Positions 11,823-25,200 of a stretch of DNA of 63,527 bases are shown one piece after another. The translations under genes were made by a program, and so were the position numbers. The stretch is from the NCBI RefSeq assembly GCF_004010195.1, contig NC_057722.1, positions 55,834,436-55,897,962 on the forward strand, in the 5' to 3' direction. Below the pieces are notes generated by a model, which did not search any database, had not been told where the DNA came from, and worked only from the letters and a program-made list of their open reading frames with translations. How positions within the stretch are numbered: the stretch's first letter is position 1; every line of letters begins with the position of its first letter. Source of the DNA: Chiloscyllium plagiosum (Eukaryota).

Positions 11823-12111
11823 GGAAAACGGGAAGCCTTCTGAAATGAGATAACAAGAGTCCAGAGAAAGTATATTCTTGTTAGGGTGAAAGGGAAGACT
11901 GGTAATATAGGGAATGCTGGATTACAAGAGAAATTAAAGGTTTGGTTAAGAAAAAGAAAGAACCATATGTCAGGTATAAACAGAAGATCGAGTGAATCCT
12001 TAGAAGAGTATAAAGGCAGTAGGAGTATACTTAAGAAGGAAATCAGGAAGGCAAAAAGGGGACATGAAATAGGGTTAAGGATAATTGAAAGGGTTTTTAC
12101 AAATACATTAT

Positions 12112-12428
12112 GGGCGGCACGGTGGCACAGTGGTTAGCACTGCTGCCTCACAGTGCCAGAGACCCGGGTTCAATTCCCGCCTCAGGCGACTGAGTGTGTG
12201 GAGTTTGCACGTTCTCCCCGTGTCTGCGTGGGTTTCCTCCGGGTGCTCCGGTTTCCTCCCACAGTCCAAAGATGTGCAGGTCAGGTGAATTGGCCATGCT
12301 AAATTGCCTGTAGTGTTAGGTAAGGGGTAAATGTAGGGGTATGGGTGGGTTGCGCTTCGGCGGGTCGGTGTGGACTTGTTGGGCCGAAGGGCCTGTTTCC
12401 ACACTGTAAGTAATCTAATCTAATCTAA
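12112..12428 (+). mobile_element. Full-length HE1/V-SINE
   Basis: tRNA-like head with A/B boxes (GGTGGCACAGTGG...GGTTCAATTCC), V-domain GTGTGGAGTTTGCACGTTCTCCCCGTGTCTGCGTGGGTTTCC, (TAATC)n tail. Confidence 0.92.
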
Positions 12429-12944
12429 TTAAGGACAAAAGGGTAACTAAGGAAAGAATAGGGTCCCTCAAAGATCAGCAAGGCGGCCTTTGTATGGAGC
12501 CTCAGAAGATGGGGGAGATACGAAACAAGTATTTTGCATCAGTGTTTACTGTGGAAAAAGACATGGAAGATATAGAATGTAGGGAAATAGATTGTGGCAT
12601 CTTGAAAAATGTCCATATTACAGAGGAGTAGGTTCTCGATGTCTTGGAACACATAAAAGTGGATAAATCCCCAGGACCTGATCAGGTGTACCCCAGAACT
12701 CTGTGGGAAGCTAGGCAAGTGATTGCTGGGCCCCTGGCTGAGATATTTGTATCATCAATAGTCACAGATGAGGTGCTAGAAGACTGGAGGTTGGCTAACA
12801 TGGTCCCATTATTTAGGAAAGGTGTAAGGAAGAGTCAAGGAACTGTGGACCGGTGAGCCTGACATCGGTGGTAGGCAAGTTGTTAGGAAGAATCCTGAGG
12901 GAGAGGATTTACATGTATTTGGAAAGGCAAGGACTGATTAGGGA

Positions 12945-13026
12945 TAGATTAGAGTGGTGCTGGAAAAGCACAGCAGGTCAGGCAGCATCCGAGGACGTTT
13001 TGGGCAAAAGCCCTTCATCAGGAATC
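12945..13026 (-). mobile_element. Single-arm family A fragment in CR1
   Basis: GTGCTGGAAAAGCACAGCAGGTCAGGCAGCATCCG...GGGCAAAAGCCCTTCATCAGGAAT, which reads CCTGATGAAGGGCTTTTGCCC on the minus strand. Confidence 0.7.
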
Positions 13027-15059
13027 TAGTCAACATGGCTTTGTGCATGGGAAATCATGTCTCACGAACTTGATTGAGTTTTTTGAAGAAGTAACAAAGA
13101 GGATTGATGAGGGCAGAGAAGTGGACATGATCTGTATGGACTTCAGTAAGGTGTTCGTCAAGGTTCCCCATGGGAGACTGGTTAGCAAGATTAGAGCTCA
13201 TGGATTATACGGAGAATGAGCCATTTGAATACAGAACTGACTGGAACGTAGAAGATGGAGGCCTGTGACCAGTGGAGTGCCACAAGGATCGATGATCGGT
13301 CCACTACTTTTCATCATTTAAATAAATGATTTGGGTGTAAGCATAAGAGGTATAGTTATTAAGTTTGCAGATTACATCAAAATTGGAGGTGGACAGCGAA
13401 GAAAGTTACCTCAGATTACAATGGGATCTTGATCAGATGGGCCAATGGGCTGAGGAGTGGCAGATGGAATTTAATTTAGATAACTGGGAGGTACTGCATT
13501 TTGAGAAAGCAAATCTTAGCAAGAGACCTTGGAGTGCAGGTTCATGGTTCCTTGAAAGTAGAGTCGCAAGTAGATAAGAAAGTGAAGAAGGCATTTGGTA
13601 TGCTTTCCTTTGTTGGTCAGAGTATTGAGTACAGGAGTTGGGATGTCATGTTGCGGCTGTACATGACATTGGTTAGGCCACTTTTGGAATATTGCATGCA
13701 ATTCTGGTCTCCTTTCTATTGGAAGGATGTTGTGAAACTTGAAAGGGTTCAGAAAAGATTTACAAGGATATTGCCAGGGTTGGAGGATTTGAACTATCAG
13801 GAGAGGTTGAATAGGTTGGGGCTGTTTTCCCTGGAGTGTTGGAGGCTGAGGGGTGACCTTATAGAGGTTTATAAAATCATGAGGGACATGGATAGGATAA
13901 ATAGACAAAGTCCCCCTGGGGTGGGGGAGTCCAGAACTAGAGGGCATAGGTCTAGGGTGAGAGGGAAAAGATATAAAAGAGACCTAAGGGGCAACTTTTT
14001 CATGCAGAGGGCAGTACATGTATGGAATGAGCTGCAATAGGAAGTGCTGGAGGCTAGTACAATTGCAACATTTAAATGGCATCTGGATGCATGTTTGAAT
14101 AGGAGGGGTTTGGAGGGATGGGGCCGGGTGCTGGCAAGTGGGACTAGATTAGGTTGGGATATCTGGTTGGCATGGATGAATTGGACCGAAGGATCTGTTT
14201 CTGTGCTGTACATCTCTATTATTTGATGACTTCTTTACCCTATTGAATAAAATATTCACACTGATTGTCTTCCTTCCACCCTTCCCAACCAGTTGTATTA
14301 TCGTGGTAAAGTTGGAATGATGTTCTTCAGTGGCTATTGACCATTTAAGCATCTCAATGAGCCTAAGGGCAGGGGGGCTGTCTGATGCCTCAGCTACCTT
14401 TGGTAAAATGGAGGACAGAGTGGGAGTGTTTTGAGTAATATGTGCCTAATGGCTGCCACAGATTGCACACAAAGATGTTTATAGCAGAGGAAAAATTTGC
14501 ATGACTATAATAAGCAAATCAGTACAGAAATATTTCTCCAAACAGTTGCCTTTTCATGAAAACAAACAGAAATGGATGCAATATCATATGCAGATACAAG
14601 TAACACAAGTTACCCAATATACATAATCATAAAGAAAATCATCAGTCAAAACTGTGCATTAATTCTAGCCAGTTCCACTTCTAGTTTTACTATATCTTTT
14701 ACATCCAAATTCTTTGAATCATGCCATTCTTCTAATGGTACAATGTTTGTCTTTTTGTTGGCTGTACCTCTGGTATTGCTCATTCCCACGTTCTAAGTCT
14801 TGGGAGATCCATTGCCGTGGTAAGTGTTATTACCATGGTAACTGTTGTTGGTGAACAGTGGACATCTAGGACTGATGTTTGTTTCATATTCTGTGCAGGT
14901 GGTAAGATCACTTATTCCTGATTCAAGGAATGGGTTCTCAAATTGAATGTCGGTGCCTGCAGTCCAATGTTCATGCATACAATTGAGGTGACAATTGCAC
15001 AACAGAGATTCCAAGTTGCCATGTCGGTAGACTTTTGTTGTGAGTGCAATCATTTGTAC

Positions 15060-18000
15060 TCTAGTTATCCAGTGCTGAGCCCTGGTAATGACTGGAGAGT
15101 TTTATCAAGGTAAAAGTGATTTTTGTCACTCACACCTGTTATTATTTCTGGCTTCCACTGTTTTTTCACTTTTGGAAAAGTAGTTTGGGAGCAGTCTGAC
15201 ATTGGTCTTTGCTCTTTGGACTGGACTATTTTACATACCTGAAGTAGCTGCAGTTCTCTTTGAATGATGATTTATTGTTACTTGTAACCTACAATGAACA
15301 ACACAGTAAAATACAGTGAAAAGTTTCAACTGGCGCCACAGACTGTCACCTTTGGAATATGTTCTGCCTCCCTTGCCAGTGCTGCTATCTTGGGAGGTCC
15401 TTTAAGGATTGATTGAATATACTCAATTTCTTTATGGTCCCTTTGACGAGCTTAACTGCTACTTTGGCCTTCCCATTTAACTGGAAATAATATGGAGATC
15501 ATATATGGTGTTGAATTTCCAAATCCTTTTTTGATGCATCTGAATTCTTCACTGGTGAATTGGGGTCATTATTACTTAACATCACTTGCTGTAACAAATG
15601 AAGTGTACTTTCATGCATTCTAAACTTTCACTGGTAGTCATTGACATCAGTTGATCTAACTGCCAGTAGTCAGAATAGTAGTCAATGTTGACAAGATAAT
15701 CTGGTCCTATGAGAGTGAAGAAGTCTGCTGTCATCCTCACCCATGGTCAGTCTGGGATGTCCTGAGTCATAAACAATTCTTTAGCTTGCTTAGCCTGATA
15801 TTCATTACAAGAATTGCACTGGCTGATGTGGCCCCATAGTCTCATAGCTCATATTGTTTGGCCAGTAGAGAATTTATCCTGACTTTTCACACTAGACTCA
15901 ATTCCTTGATGGCTTTATCCTTGTGCTTTAGCATCACTTTTTTTTTTATCTCTTCAGGGATAATAACTTCCTTTGTTTAAGATGCTATCTTGTGTTATCA
16001 CATCATCTCTGTATGCCCATATTCCCCCCTAATTATCAGGTGAGACCTTGATGCGTTCAGGCCGAGCTTACATAACTAATTACTGTCGCACTTGGAGTTG
16101 CATCTTGTGTAGTTTGCTTGATTTGAGCAAGCTGCTTGTTTTTGAGATTTAATGTCTCTCCTGGTTTGATGATGCTTAGAACTTGTTGAGCTGTTGTTTC
16201 TCATTGCATCTGGAGAATATCATATTCCGTCTTTGCATCCTTAACTTTCTTTATATAGGGGCTGCTCTTGACTGCATGCCAGCAATGTCCATTTGTTTCT
16301 CTTGCTTGCATGTCATATCCAGAGGATATCTTTGAAAATGAAGTAACTCTCCTTGCAGACACTTTGGATCAGATAGAAGCAGTTTGAGGAAGATGCTTTT
16401 TAAATTCAAGTTATTGGACTGCACTGTGACTTTGTTTCTCCCAAATGGGCCTGCTCTAAAATGTTCAATCTGAGTATACCACCAAGTAGTTTGCATTAAT
16501 AAAACTTGGTCCAAATGCAACTGATTTATTGTCCTTGCTGCATTAGAATTGCTGCAAATCCTGACCCACAAGCATCAAACTGCAAGATGACTTCATCAGG
16601 GTATAGTATTACCTCAGCACTGGCATTTTAAGTGTAGTGTAGTTTAAGTGTAGTGATTGCTGCTTCTTGTTCTGTACCCCAATACCAATGCAAGTCCTTC
16701 GCAATGAGCTTAAAAACACTGACAGATCAGGCAAGAAATTTTCTATACAGTTCAAATTCATTGCTTTCACATCTTTTGGACCAGGATCCAGCCGAAGTCT
16801 TTTTTTTGTTAGTACATGACCTAAGTACTTGATTTCAGGCATGTTTAGTTGCATAATTTTCTTGTTCAGCATCAGGTTCTGTCTAGCTGTCATACTAGAT
16901 TATGATTGTGTTCAGTGATATGCTCTTTCATTGTGCCTCCACATCCACAAACCGCTAGATCATCCACAATAGCTTTCTCTCTGCGAAGATCATTGAATAT
17001 TTTGTGCTGTTTGCAGTAACACTCTTCTGAAATACTGGAAATGCTAAACAACACGCATAGCCATCTCCTGAATAGTACAGAGGTAGTTAGAAAACTGCTT
17101 TCATCCAGCTTCACTTTCTAGTAACTATCCTTTTGCTTGAGGGTGGTAAAGAATTCTGGCATGGCAAAATTTCTTTAATGGTTGCCATTAGGTAATGAGA
17201 CCTCTTCAAAGCTTTGTAGAGATCCTTTAAAACTGCACATACTCTGTGTTGTCCAATTTTTTTTTTACTGTCACCGTGCTGCTAATTTAAATCTTTGGTA
17301 GTTATGAATTTCATCATTGGTTAATTATTTTCCATATCTTCCAACTTGACTGTTACGATACAGTGGTGAACCCTTCTGTTAATTAAACAAAACACCCAGA
17401 AAAGTTCACCTCGCCTCGTAATCTGTTAAAATATGAGCGACAGAGAACTCCCCAAATTCCACTATTTAAAGAAAATAACATCAATGTAATTCTTTAACTT
17501 TAAAAGTGAACATTAAAAAACAATCATTCGCAACTCTAAGCCCCCTTTCTCTTAACTGCTTATTATATGCCTCCAACTTTATAACAATGTACTGTTCCAA
17601 TAAAACATTTATTAAAATTATATCAACTTAATTTCAAACCATGTAGCGGCTGTCATCTTCGGTGTCTGTCTTCTTCTGGCTGAAGATCTCCCTGGGTCAT
17701 CTTCTTTCATTTTACTGCAAAGATGTTTCATATGGAAAGGTACCTTTGATAGGGAGTAATTTTGATAGAAACTAATTTCTTGGATCTGTGTCGATAACAG
17801 TTGCTCTGTCTGATTTTCAAAATGCCTGCCTTTTTTTCTATCTCCAACATCAGATCATCTCATTGGTTTGATGTTGGAAAAACAATAAATTCAAACTTGA
17901 TTGGGTTTTAGTATCCTTGGGCATAATTTAAACTGATTACTTAAATTTGAATTGTTGTCAGAACAGCAACCAACTCAGGTATCCATTTCACAGCCAAATG

Positions 18001-18330
18001 TTACATATTTTCAATTTTCCAGTACACTCTGAGACTGCTATCTAGTCATCACTGGTGCTTGTCAGTTTTCAGTTCAGAACAGCATTCACTCACTCTTAAA
18101 GGTACAGTACACGCCTTCAACTTCATAACATGACTATCAGTCTAAATGTGAATGTGAGGGTAGCTGCAAGCTTCCTCTGTAGTTGCCATTTTGGTCTTAC
18201 ATACTTATCCACTTCAAGATGATAATCCCCATAAAGACATCCAAGACTCATAAAAACATATTTATAATCCTGTAGGATGTCTTTGGCAGTCAATGGTTTT
18301 AAGGCCTGTGAAATGAAGCAAATAAAATGT
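15060..18330 (-). mobile_element. Degraded Ty3/Gypsy pol remnant (RT-RNaseH-integrase)
   Basis: Minus-strand remnants IVDDLAVCG, EIKYLGHVLT, YTQIE and integrase-like SPYYFQLNGKAKVAVK, in RT-RH-IN order, with many stops and frameshifts. Confidence 0.8.
17351..18130. mobile_element. Solo LTR (780 bp) inserted in the Gypsy remnant
   Basis: Begins TGTTA, ends TAACA, flanked by 4-bp TSD TGAC (17347-17350 / 18131-18134); interrupts the pol reading. Confidence 0.8.
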
Positions 18331-18498
18331 GGCATAGTTCAATTTTGGACTCATTTCAGCTGAGTTAAATGCATTTTGCTTAACACCTACTATATGGAAC
18401 TCCAGATCCTAGTCCTTCCCATTGCACTGAGGTTTGACTTTGTTTATCCTCCTGGATTTGTAGAAAACAGATTTTTTTAAATTATCAGATTTTCTTAC

Positions 18499-18616
18499 CT
18501 GCCATGACCTCAGGTGACTGAAAAAATTCATCAGGATGTATATAGCCAGTTTGTGGAGCCAGGCACCACAGTATCCTGAATAATGCAAGTGCCAACCATA
18601 CTATTGAGAGTGCCAT
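18499..18616 (-). CDS. PIGZ: PIGZ copy A, first coding exon
   Basis: [39 protein letters not shown]+G (118 nt) with the GT22 motif HPDEFFQ; donor GTAAGA at 18498; acceptor TTGCAATTCTAG ending at 18629. Confidence 0.93.
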
Positions 18617-19261
18617 TTAGAAGATGCACTAGAATTGCAAAAAATATATATTTCAGTTCTTTGATGGTAAAACAGATGCATAGCAAAAGACATTAAAAAG
18701 TAAAATATTTTATAAAATAAATTTGATAAATACTGTACAATCTGTGGCTACTAATTAATGCCAACTGTAAGAGTGACTTGAGATTATGTCTTGGAAGCAC
18801 TAACAAGTTGACACAATGTAAGTTAATGTGATAATCAATAGCTGATTATGGAAAATAGGACATTTAATATACTAATTATAGTCTATGCAGAGCTTAACCA
18901 ATATCATTGCAAAAAGTCTTAATATCTTCCCAAATTTGGAAACCATTGTATATATATATTTCCTTTCCATAGAGTTCTATAAATTGAATGAAATTATCTA
19001 TGTTAAATTTTGCCAACTTTATAGTGTTTATTGCTCAAGTCTGGAAAAACAATACCATATAAAGGTTTACACAGGATTGTGTAAAAGTGGTGACTGCAAA
19101 GCAGCAAACCAAGTAATAATTAGTGGATGTTTTGGGGCTAGATTGACATAAATAGGACTAGGCAGGTAGTATTTGGAAACTATTCCCTTTCAATATATTA
19201 AAATTAAAATTTGTAGGTGACATGAAAACAGGGACTATGGCTAGTGAACATTTGATTATCA

Positions 19262-19863
19262 ACAGGATGTTAGGAGATTACAGGGTGACCTGGACAGGTT
19301 AAGTAAGTGGTCAGATGCATGGCAGATGCAGTTTAATGTGGATAAATGCATGGTTATCCACTTTGGTGGCAAGAACAGGAAGGCAGATTACTACCTAAAT
19401 GGAATCAATTTTGGTAAAGGGGCAGTACAAAGAGATCTGGGTGTTCTTGTACACCAGTCAATGAAGGTAAGCATGCAGGTACAGCAGATAGTGAAGAAGG
19501 CTAATAGTATGCTGGCCTTCATAACAAGAGGGATTGAGTACTGAAGCAAAGAGGTTCTTCTGCAGCTGTACAGGGCCCTGGTGAGACAATATCTGGAGTG
19601 TTTTGTGCAGTTCTATGAGGAGAAACTTCTTCATCCAGAGAGTGGTGGCTGTGTGGAATGCTCTGCCCCAGAGGGCAGTGGAGGCCCAGTCTCTGGATTC
19701 ATTTAAGAAAGAGTTGGATAGAGCTCTCAAGGATTGTGGAATCAAGGGTTATGGAGATAAGGCAGGAACAAGATACTGATTAAGGATGATCAGCCATGAT
19801 CATATTGAATGGTGGTGCAGGCTCGAAGGGCAGAATGGCCTACTCCTGCATCTATTGTCTATT
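19262..19863 (+). mobile_element. 5'-truncated CR1 (different subfamily, internal deletion)
   Basis: WQMQFNVDKC...QRDLGVLV...KKAN; 3' end GGCTCGAAGGGCAGAATGGCCTACTCCTGC followed by CTATTGTCTATT. Confidence 0.85.
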
Positions 19864-20399
19864 AACAATATATTAAGGTTTTTACAAAAATGTGATGGAT
19901 TGGGTGTTTTTATTTTTTAAAAAAGCAAGCATTTAGTTACCTTCAACATCTGTGAGCAATTCACATGATCAGTGAGCAGGCAGTGCATAAGTCCTTAATA
20001 TGATAATGCATAACATCAGGTTGCTTGACTAAACAATTCAACTGGAACTAGTTATGACATTTGATCCAAGCAAGGTTTTGGTAGAATTTCATTTTTTGTT
20101 GATTAAATGTTTCATAAGTTATGCTGTTCGCACCAAGGATATATATTTTTTGATATCTGATGTCAAAAATTAGAAACATAAGTAGTTAACTACTTTCTAA
20201 AATTGATGAGAAAAAAAAGGTTTCTTCAGTCAAGGTTGGCAGTTCCACAAGAATCTTTGATCCATAGTTTGCCAACCCAGGAACTGGTCACTTACCACTG
20301 TCTTTGGGTTAGGAGATTAATATATTCTGATGTGCTGTGAAAGATTCTAAGGTGCCCTTTATGTTTTTTGCATCCCTGTGCTTAGACTTCACGTCCCCA

Positions 20400-21260
20400 A
20401 CATTCATCTTCTCACTGTCCTTCACATCAGTGAATGACCATAATTGGTCATTCATTTCACTTTAGCCTACTTTACTGACATCCTGTTCTGCAAAACTAAA
20501 ATGTCCATCAATTAAACATTCAGAAGCTGGAAGCCATTGTCCATTCCTTGCTAGGCTGCTTATCTTCGCTGCCAGCTCAAATCACTCCATGGCAACCATG
20601 TTATACTGAATCAGATTGTTTGTAACACTGGTGTCCTATTTTGCTATGAGCTGCGCCTCTGGCTCCACAGATTCCATTTCACAAAGATTCCCTACTTGCT
20701 CCTCTGTAATATTTCTTGTCTCCATTCAGTTAGCGTTGACAATCCTCCATGTTGTGTTATCTAGAGTTTGATGATTCTGTTAATTTCCTGGGCAATTACC
20801 CATTTTCTGCATTAACTTCCGATCCCAAATGCTGCTCCCTGTACCTTAATTTGCATAAAGTCCCAGTCACCGTCACCTCTATGCTTGTTGAACTAGCAAG
20901 ACTCCAGTCTAAACAAAATCTCATTATAGTTTTCAAATACTTCTGTGGCCATTACCAAGCCTAACTCTGTGATCTCCGCTGGCCTAACAACCATCTGAGA
21001 AATTTGATTCTTCTCACCCTAGCTTTTTGTGAATTCCTCACCTCCACTACACTCTAAGACAGCCAAGACCTAAGTCCTCTAAGCATTATGCCCTGGAATT
21101 TGCTCCTAACCCTCTCTCTCCTACTGTAATTTGCTCCTTAAAAGCAACATTTCCCCAAGTTTTTAATTACTTGTACTGATGCCACCTCCATTGATTTGCT
21201 GCTTATTTCACTTTGAAGCATTCAGTTACATTAAAGATATGATGTGAGTTTAAGTTGTTG
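20400..21260 (+). mobile_element. Old L2-like LINE 3' remnant
   Basis: Pyrimidine-rich degraded sequence with L2-like 3' features, similar to 49280-50105. Confidence 0.45.
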
Positions 21261-22244
21261 CTGCGTTACTGTGGAATTGGTCTGGGTGTTGTTGATTCCT
21301 ACAAATTCGTTGTATTTTCTAACATCTCTGGGAGAGGAAGTGTAGAAGCGTTTGCCTATGACACTTAAATTGGTGGTACAGTGGGCAGTGAAGAAACCTA
21401 TCTAAGATTATCTAAGAGATCTTGATCAATTGAGTCAATGGGCTGAAGAGTGGCAAATGGAGATTAATTTGGATAAATACGAGGTGTTGTATTTTGGTAA
21501 AACAAGGGCAGGACTTACACAACTAATGGTAGGGCCCTGTGTAGTGTTGTAGAACAGAAAAACCTAGGGGTGCTTGAAATTTGCGTCACAGGTAGACAGG
21601 ATAGTTAAGAAGGTGTTTAGCACATTTGCTTTTATGGACAATGCTAGGTATTTGCTGTTCCTTTCACTTTCATTGGATTTGCCACATAGCTAAGATCATG
21701 TCTGTAGGGCACACTGCTGGACAGAAACAGCACAGCAACCCTAAATGAAGCTTGGCAGTCACTGGGAGGTGGCCACTGAAGAGGAAGGGTCCTTGCATCA
21801 ACAGGTATTGCATGTGCGGTATGTGGCCGTGATTTAACTTCAACCACAAAATTATTAAAAATCATCATTGATAGAAATGAACATACAGAAATTAAAGTCC
21901 TTTCTGAAGCTTCTCTAGCTCTTGCAATCCACTGTGCAGATACTGTCAGAGAGGGATTTCTAGGATTTTGATTTGTGACAGTGAAAGAACAGTGATACTC
22001 TTCTAAATCACAGTTTTATGTGGTTTAGACAGGAACTTGGAGATGGAGGTGTTTCCATGAGTATTCCACTCTTCTAGGTGGTAAAGGATGTTGGTTTGGA
22101 AGATTAAAATTGAAGGAGTCTAAATAAGTTATTGCAATGCATATGTGTGTACTGCTGACACTGTCCATTATTGGAGGAAGAAGGGCCCTGATCTTACATG
22201 CCAGTTAATTTTACGGTCAACAGTAACCCCCAGGATAGGACCAA

Positions 22245-25200
22245 AAGACATAGGAGCAGAAATTAGGCCATTCAGCCCATTTGAGTCTGCTTTGTCATTC
22301 AATCACGGCTGATAAGTTTCTCAACCCCATTCTCCTGCTTTCCCTCCGTAACCTTTGATGTCTTTGATACTCAAGAACCTATCTATCTCAGTCTTAACTA
22401 TACTCTATGACTTAGCCTCCACAGCCTTCTGTGGAAATGAATTCCACAGATTCTCTGGCTGAAGAAATTTCTCCTTATCTCTGTTCTGAAAGGTCTTCCC
22501 TTTACTCTAAGGCTATGGCCTCAAGTCCAAGTCTCTCCAATCAATGGAAACATTTTCCCAACATCTACTCCATCCAGGCCATTTAGTATTCTGTATGTTT
22601 CAACTAGATCCCCCCTCATCCTTTTAAACTCCATCAAAAATAGACGTAGAGTCCTCAAATGTTCCTCATATGTTAAGCTTTTACTCTAAGGCTGTGCCCT
22701 CAGGTCCTAGTCTCTCCTACTAATGGAAATATTTTCCCAAAATCTATTCCATCCAGGCCATTCAGTATTCTGTTTGTTTCAATTAAATTTCCCCTCATCC
22801 TTCTAAATGCCATCAAATATAGACCTAGAATCCTCCAACTTTCCTCATATGTTAAGCTTTTCATTCCTGGGACCATTCACGTGAACCTTCTCTGAACACA
22901 GTCCAAGGCCAGTAAATCCTTCCAGAGATATGGGGCCCAAATCTGTGCACAATACTCCAAATGTGGTCTGACCAGAGCCTTATAGACCCTGCTTTTATAT
23001 TCAAGTCCTCTCAAAATAAATGCCATTGTGGCATTTGCCTTCCTAACTACTGACTCAACCTGCAAGTTTACCTTGAGGGAATCCTGGACGAGAACTCCCA
23101 AATCTCTTTGCACTTCAGAGATTTACCTGGATGTTGCCAGGTTTGGAGGGTTTGAGCTATAGGAAGAGGCTGAATAGGCTGGGGTTATTTTTCCTGGAGT
23201 ATCAGAGGTTGACAGGTGACCTTATAGAGTTTTATAAAATCATGAGGAGCATGGATATAGTAAATGGACAAGGTCTTTTCCCCAGGGTGGGGGAGTCCAG
23301 AACTAATGGGCATTGGTTTAGGGTGAGAAGGGAAATAATTAAAAGGGACCTAAGGGGCAACTGTTTCACGTAAAGGGTGGTGCATGTATGGAATGAGCTG
23401 CATCGCTATGACTCGATGACTTCTGAATTTTCTCACAATTTAGAAATAGTCCATGCCTCTATTCTTCCTGCCAAACTCCATGACCTCACATTTTCCCACA
23501 TTGTATTCCATCTGCCACTTTTTTGCCAACTCTCCTAAGCTGTCCAAATCCTTCTGCAGCCCTCCCCAATGCTGCTTATCCTTTTAACTATCTTTGTATA
23601 ATTTGCAAATTTAGCCAGAATGCCATCAGTTCCTTCATCTAGATTATTAATGTATAAAGTGAAAAGTTGTGGTCCCAACATTGAGCCTTGCAGAACACCA
23701 CTTGTTACCAGCTGCTATCCTGAGAAGGACCCTTTTATCCCCATTCTTTGCTTTCTGCCAGACAGCCAAGCTTCTATCCATGCTTGCACCTTGCCTCTGA
23801 CACCATGGGCCCTTATCTTACTCAATAGCCTCCTCTGCAGCACCTTGTCAAATGCCTTTTTGAAGTCCAGGTAGATAACATTAATTGGCTCTCTTTGATC
23901 TTACCTTCCTCAAAGAATTCTAGCAGAATCGTCAGGCATGACCTCCCCTTGATGAAACCATGCTGACTTTGCCCTATTTGACCATACACTTCCAAGTATT
24001 CAGAGATCTCATACTTCACAATGGATTCCAGAATCTTACCCAGCCTTACTGCCTTTTTAAACAGAGATGTCACGTTAGCGATTTCCCAGTCCTCCGGGAG
24101 ACTCCCTAATTCTGGCAATTCCTTAAAGATCACCACTAACGCCCCCATTATCTCTTCAGCTATGTCCCTTCGAACTCTGAGGTGTAGTCCATCTGGTCCA
24201 AGTGATTTATCCATCCTCAGGCCATTCAGTTTCTCTAGCATCTTATCCTTGGTGATGGCCACCATAACCAGCTCTGCCCCCTCACTCTCTTGAATTTTTG
24301 GGTTATTACTCATGTGTTCTGCCATGAAGATTGACACGAAGTAATTGTTCAGTTCCTCAGCCATTTGCTTGTTCCCCACTATTATCTCTCCAACAGCCCA
24401 CTGTCCACTTTTGGCTCTCCTTTGCCCTTTATGTATCTAAAGTATGTATCCTACAGTCTTCCTTTATATTACTTACCCTCATATTTAATCTTCTCCCTCC
24501 TTTTTTGTTGCCCTCTGTTGGTCTTTGTAAGCCTCCCAATCCTCTGGTTTCCCACTGCCCTTCACCATGTTGTATGCTTTCTCTTTTGATTTTATGCTAT
24601 CCCTGACTTCCCTTGTCAGCCATGGTTACCTCATTGTCCCTGAACCATGTTTTCTTTTTCCTTGGAATGAATCTCTGCTGTGTCTCCTGAATTACTCCCA
24701 GAAATTCCTGCCATTGCTGTTCCACTGCCTTTTCTGCTCGGTTCATCTCCCAGTCAACTCTACCCAACTCCTCTCTCATGCCTCTTTAGTTGCTTTTATT
24801 CAGCTGTAATACCATTACCTCTGATTCTACCTTCTCCCTCTCAAATTACAGTGGAAATTCAATCATACTATGATCACTGCCTCCTAAGGATTCCTACACC
24901 TTAAACTCCCTTATCAAGTCTGCCTCATTGCACAACACTAAATCCAGTATTGCCTGTTCCTTAGTGGGGTCCATCACAAGCTGCTCCAAAAAGCCATTTC
25001 TTAGACATTCCACAAATTCCTTTTCTTACAATCCACTACCAACCTGATTTCACCTGCATACTGAAATCCAGCAAGGTCACTGTAACTTTGCCTTTCCTAC
25101 ACATCTTTTCTATCTCCTGGTATATCTTGCACACCAGCTCTAACTACTGGTTTGGAGGCCTGTACATAACTCCAACTATGTTTTATTTTACCTTTGCAGT

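Larger units (their letters stand above)
9171..14220 (+). mobile_element. Near full-length CR1 LINE (5' region, esterase-type ORF1, APE+RT ORF2, 3' tail), degenerate, antisense within the PIGZ-A intron
   Basis: ORF1 remnants IVLGESLI / VCCLPGA / VIVH; ORF2 remnants CIYLNA...IAITETWL, KSPGPD, RPLLEYC, LRGDLIEVYKIM; 3' tail CTGTACATCTCTAT. The 5' boundary is approximate. Confidence 0.9.

Noticed and set aside
12112-12185. tRNA-like sequence with A and B boxes
   Set aside because: It is the head of a SINE repeated many times in the window, not a tRNA gene.
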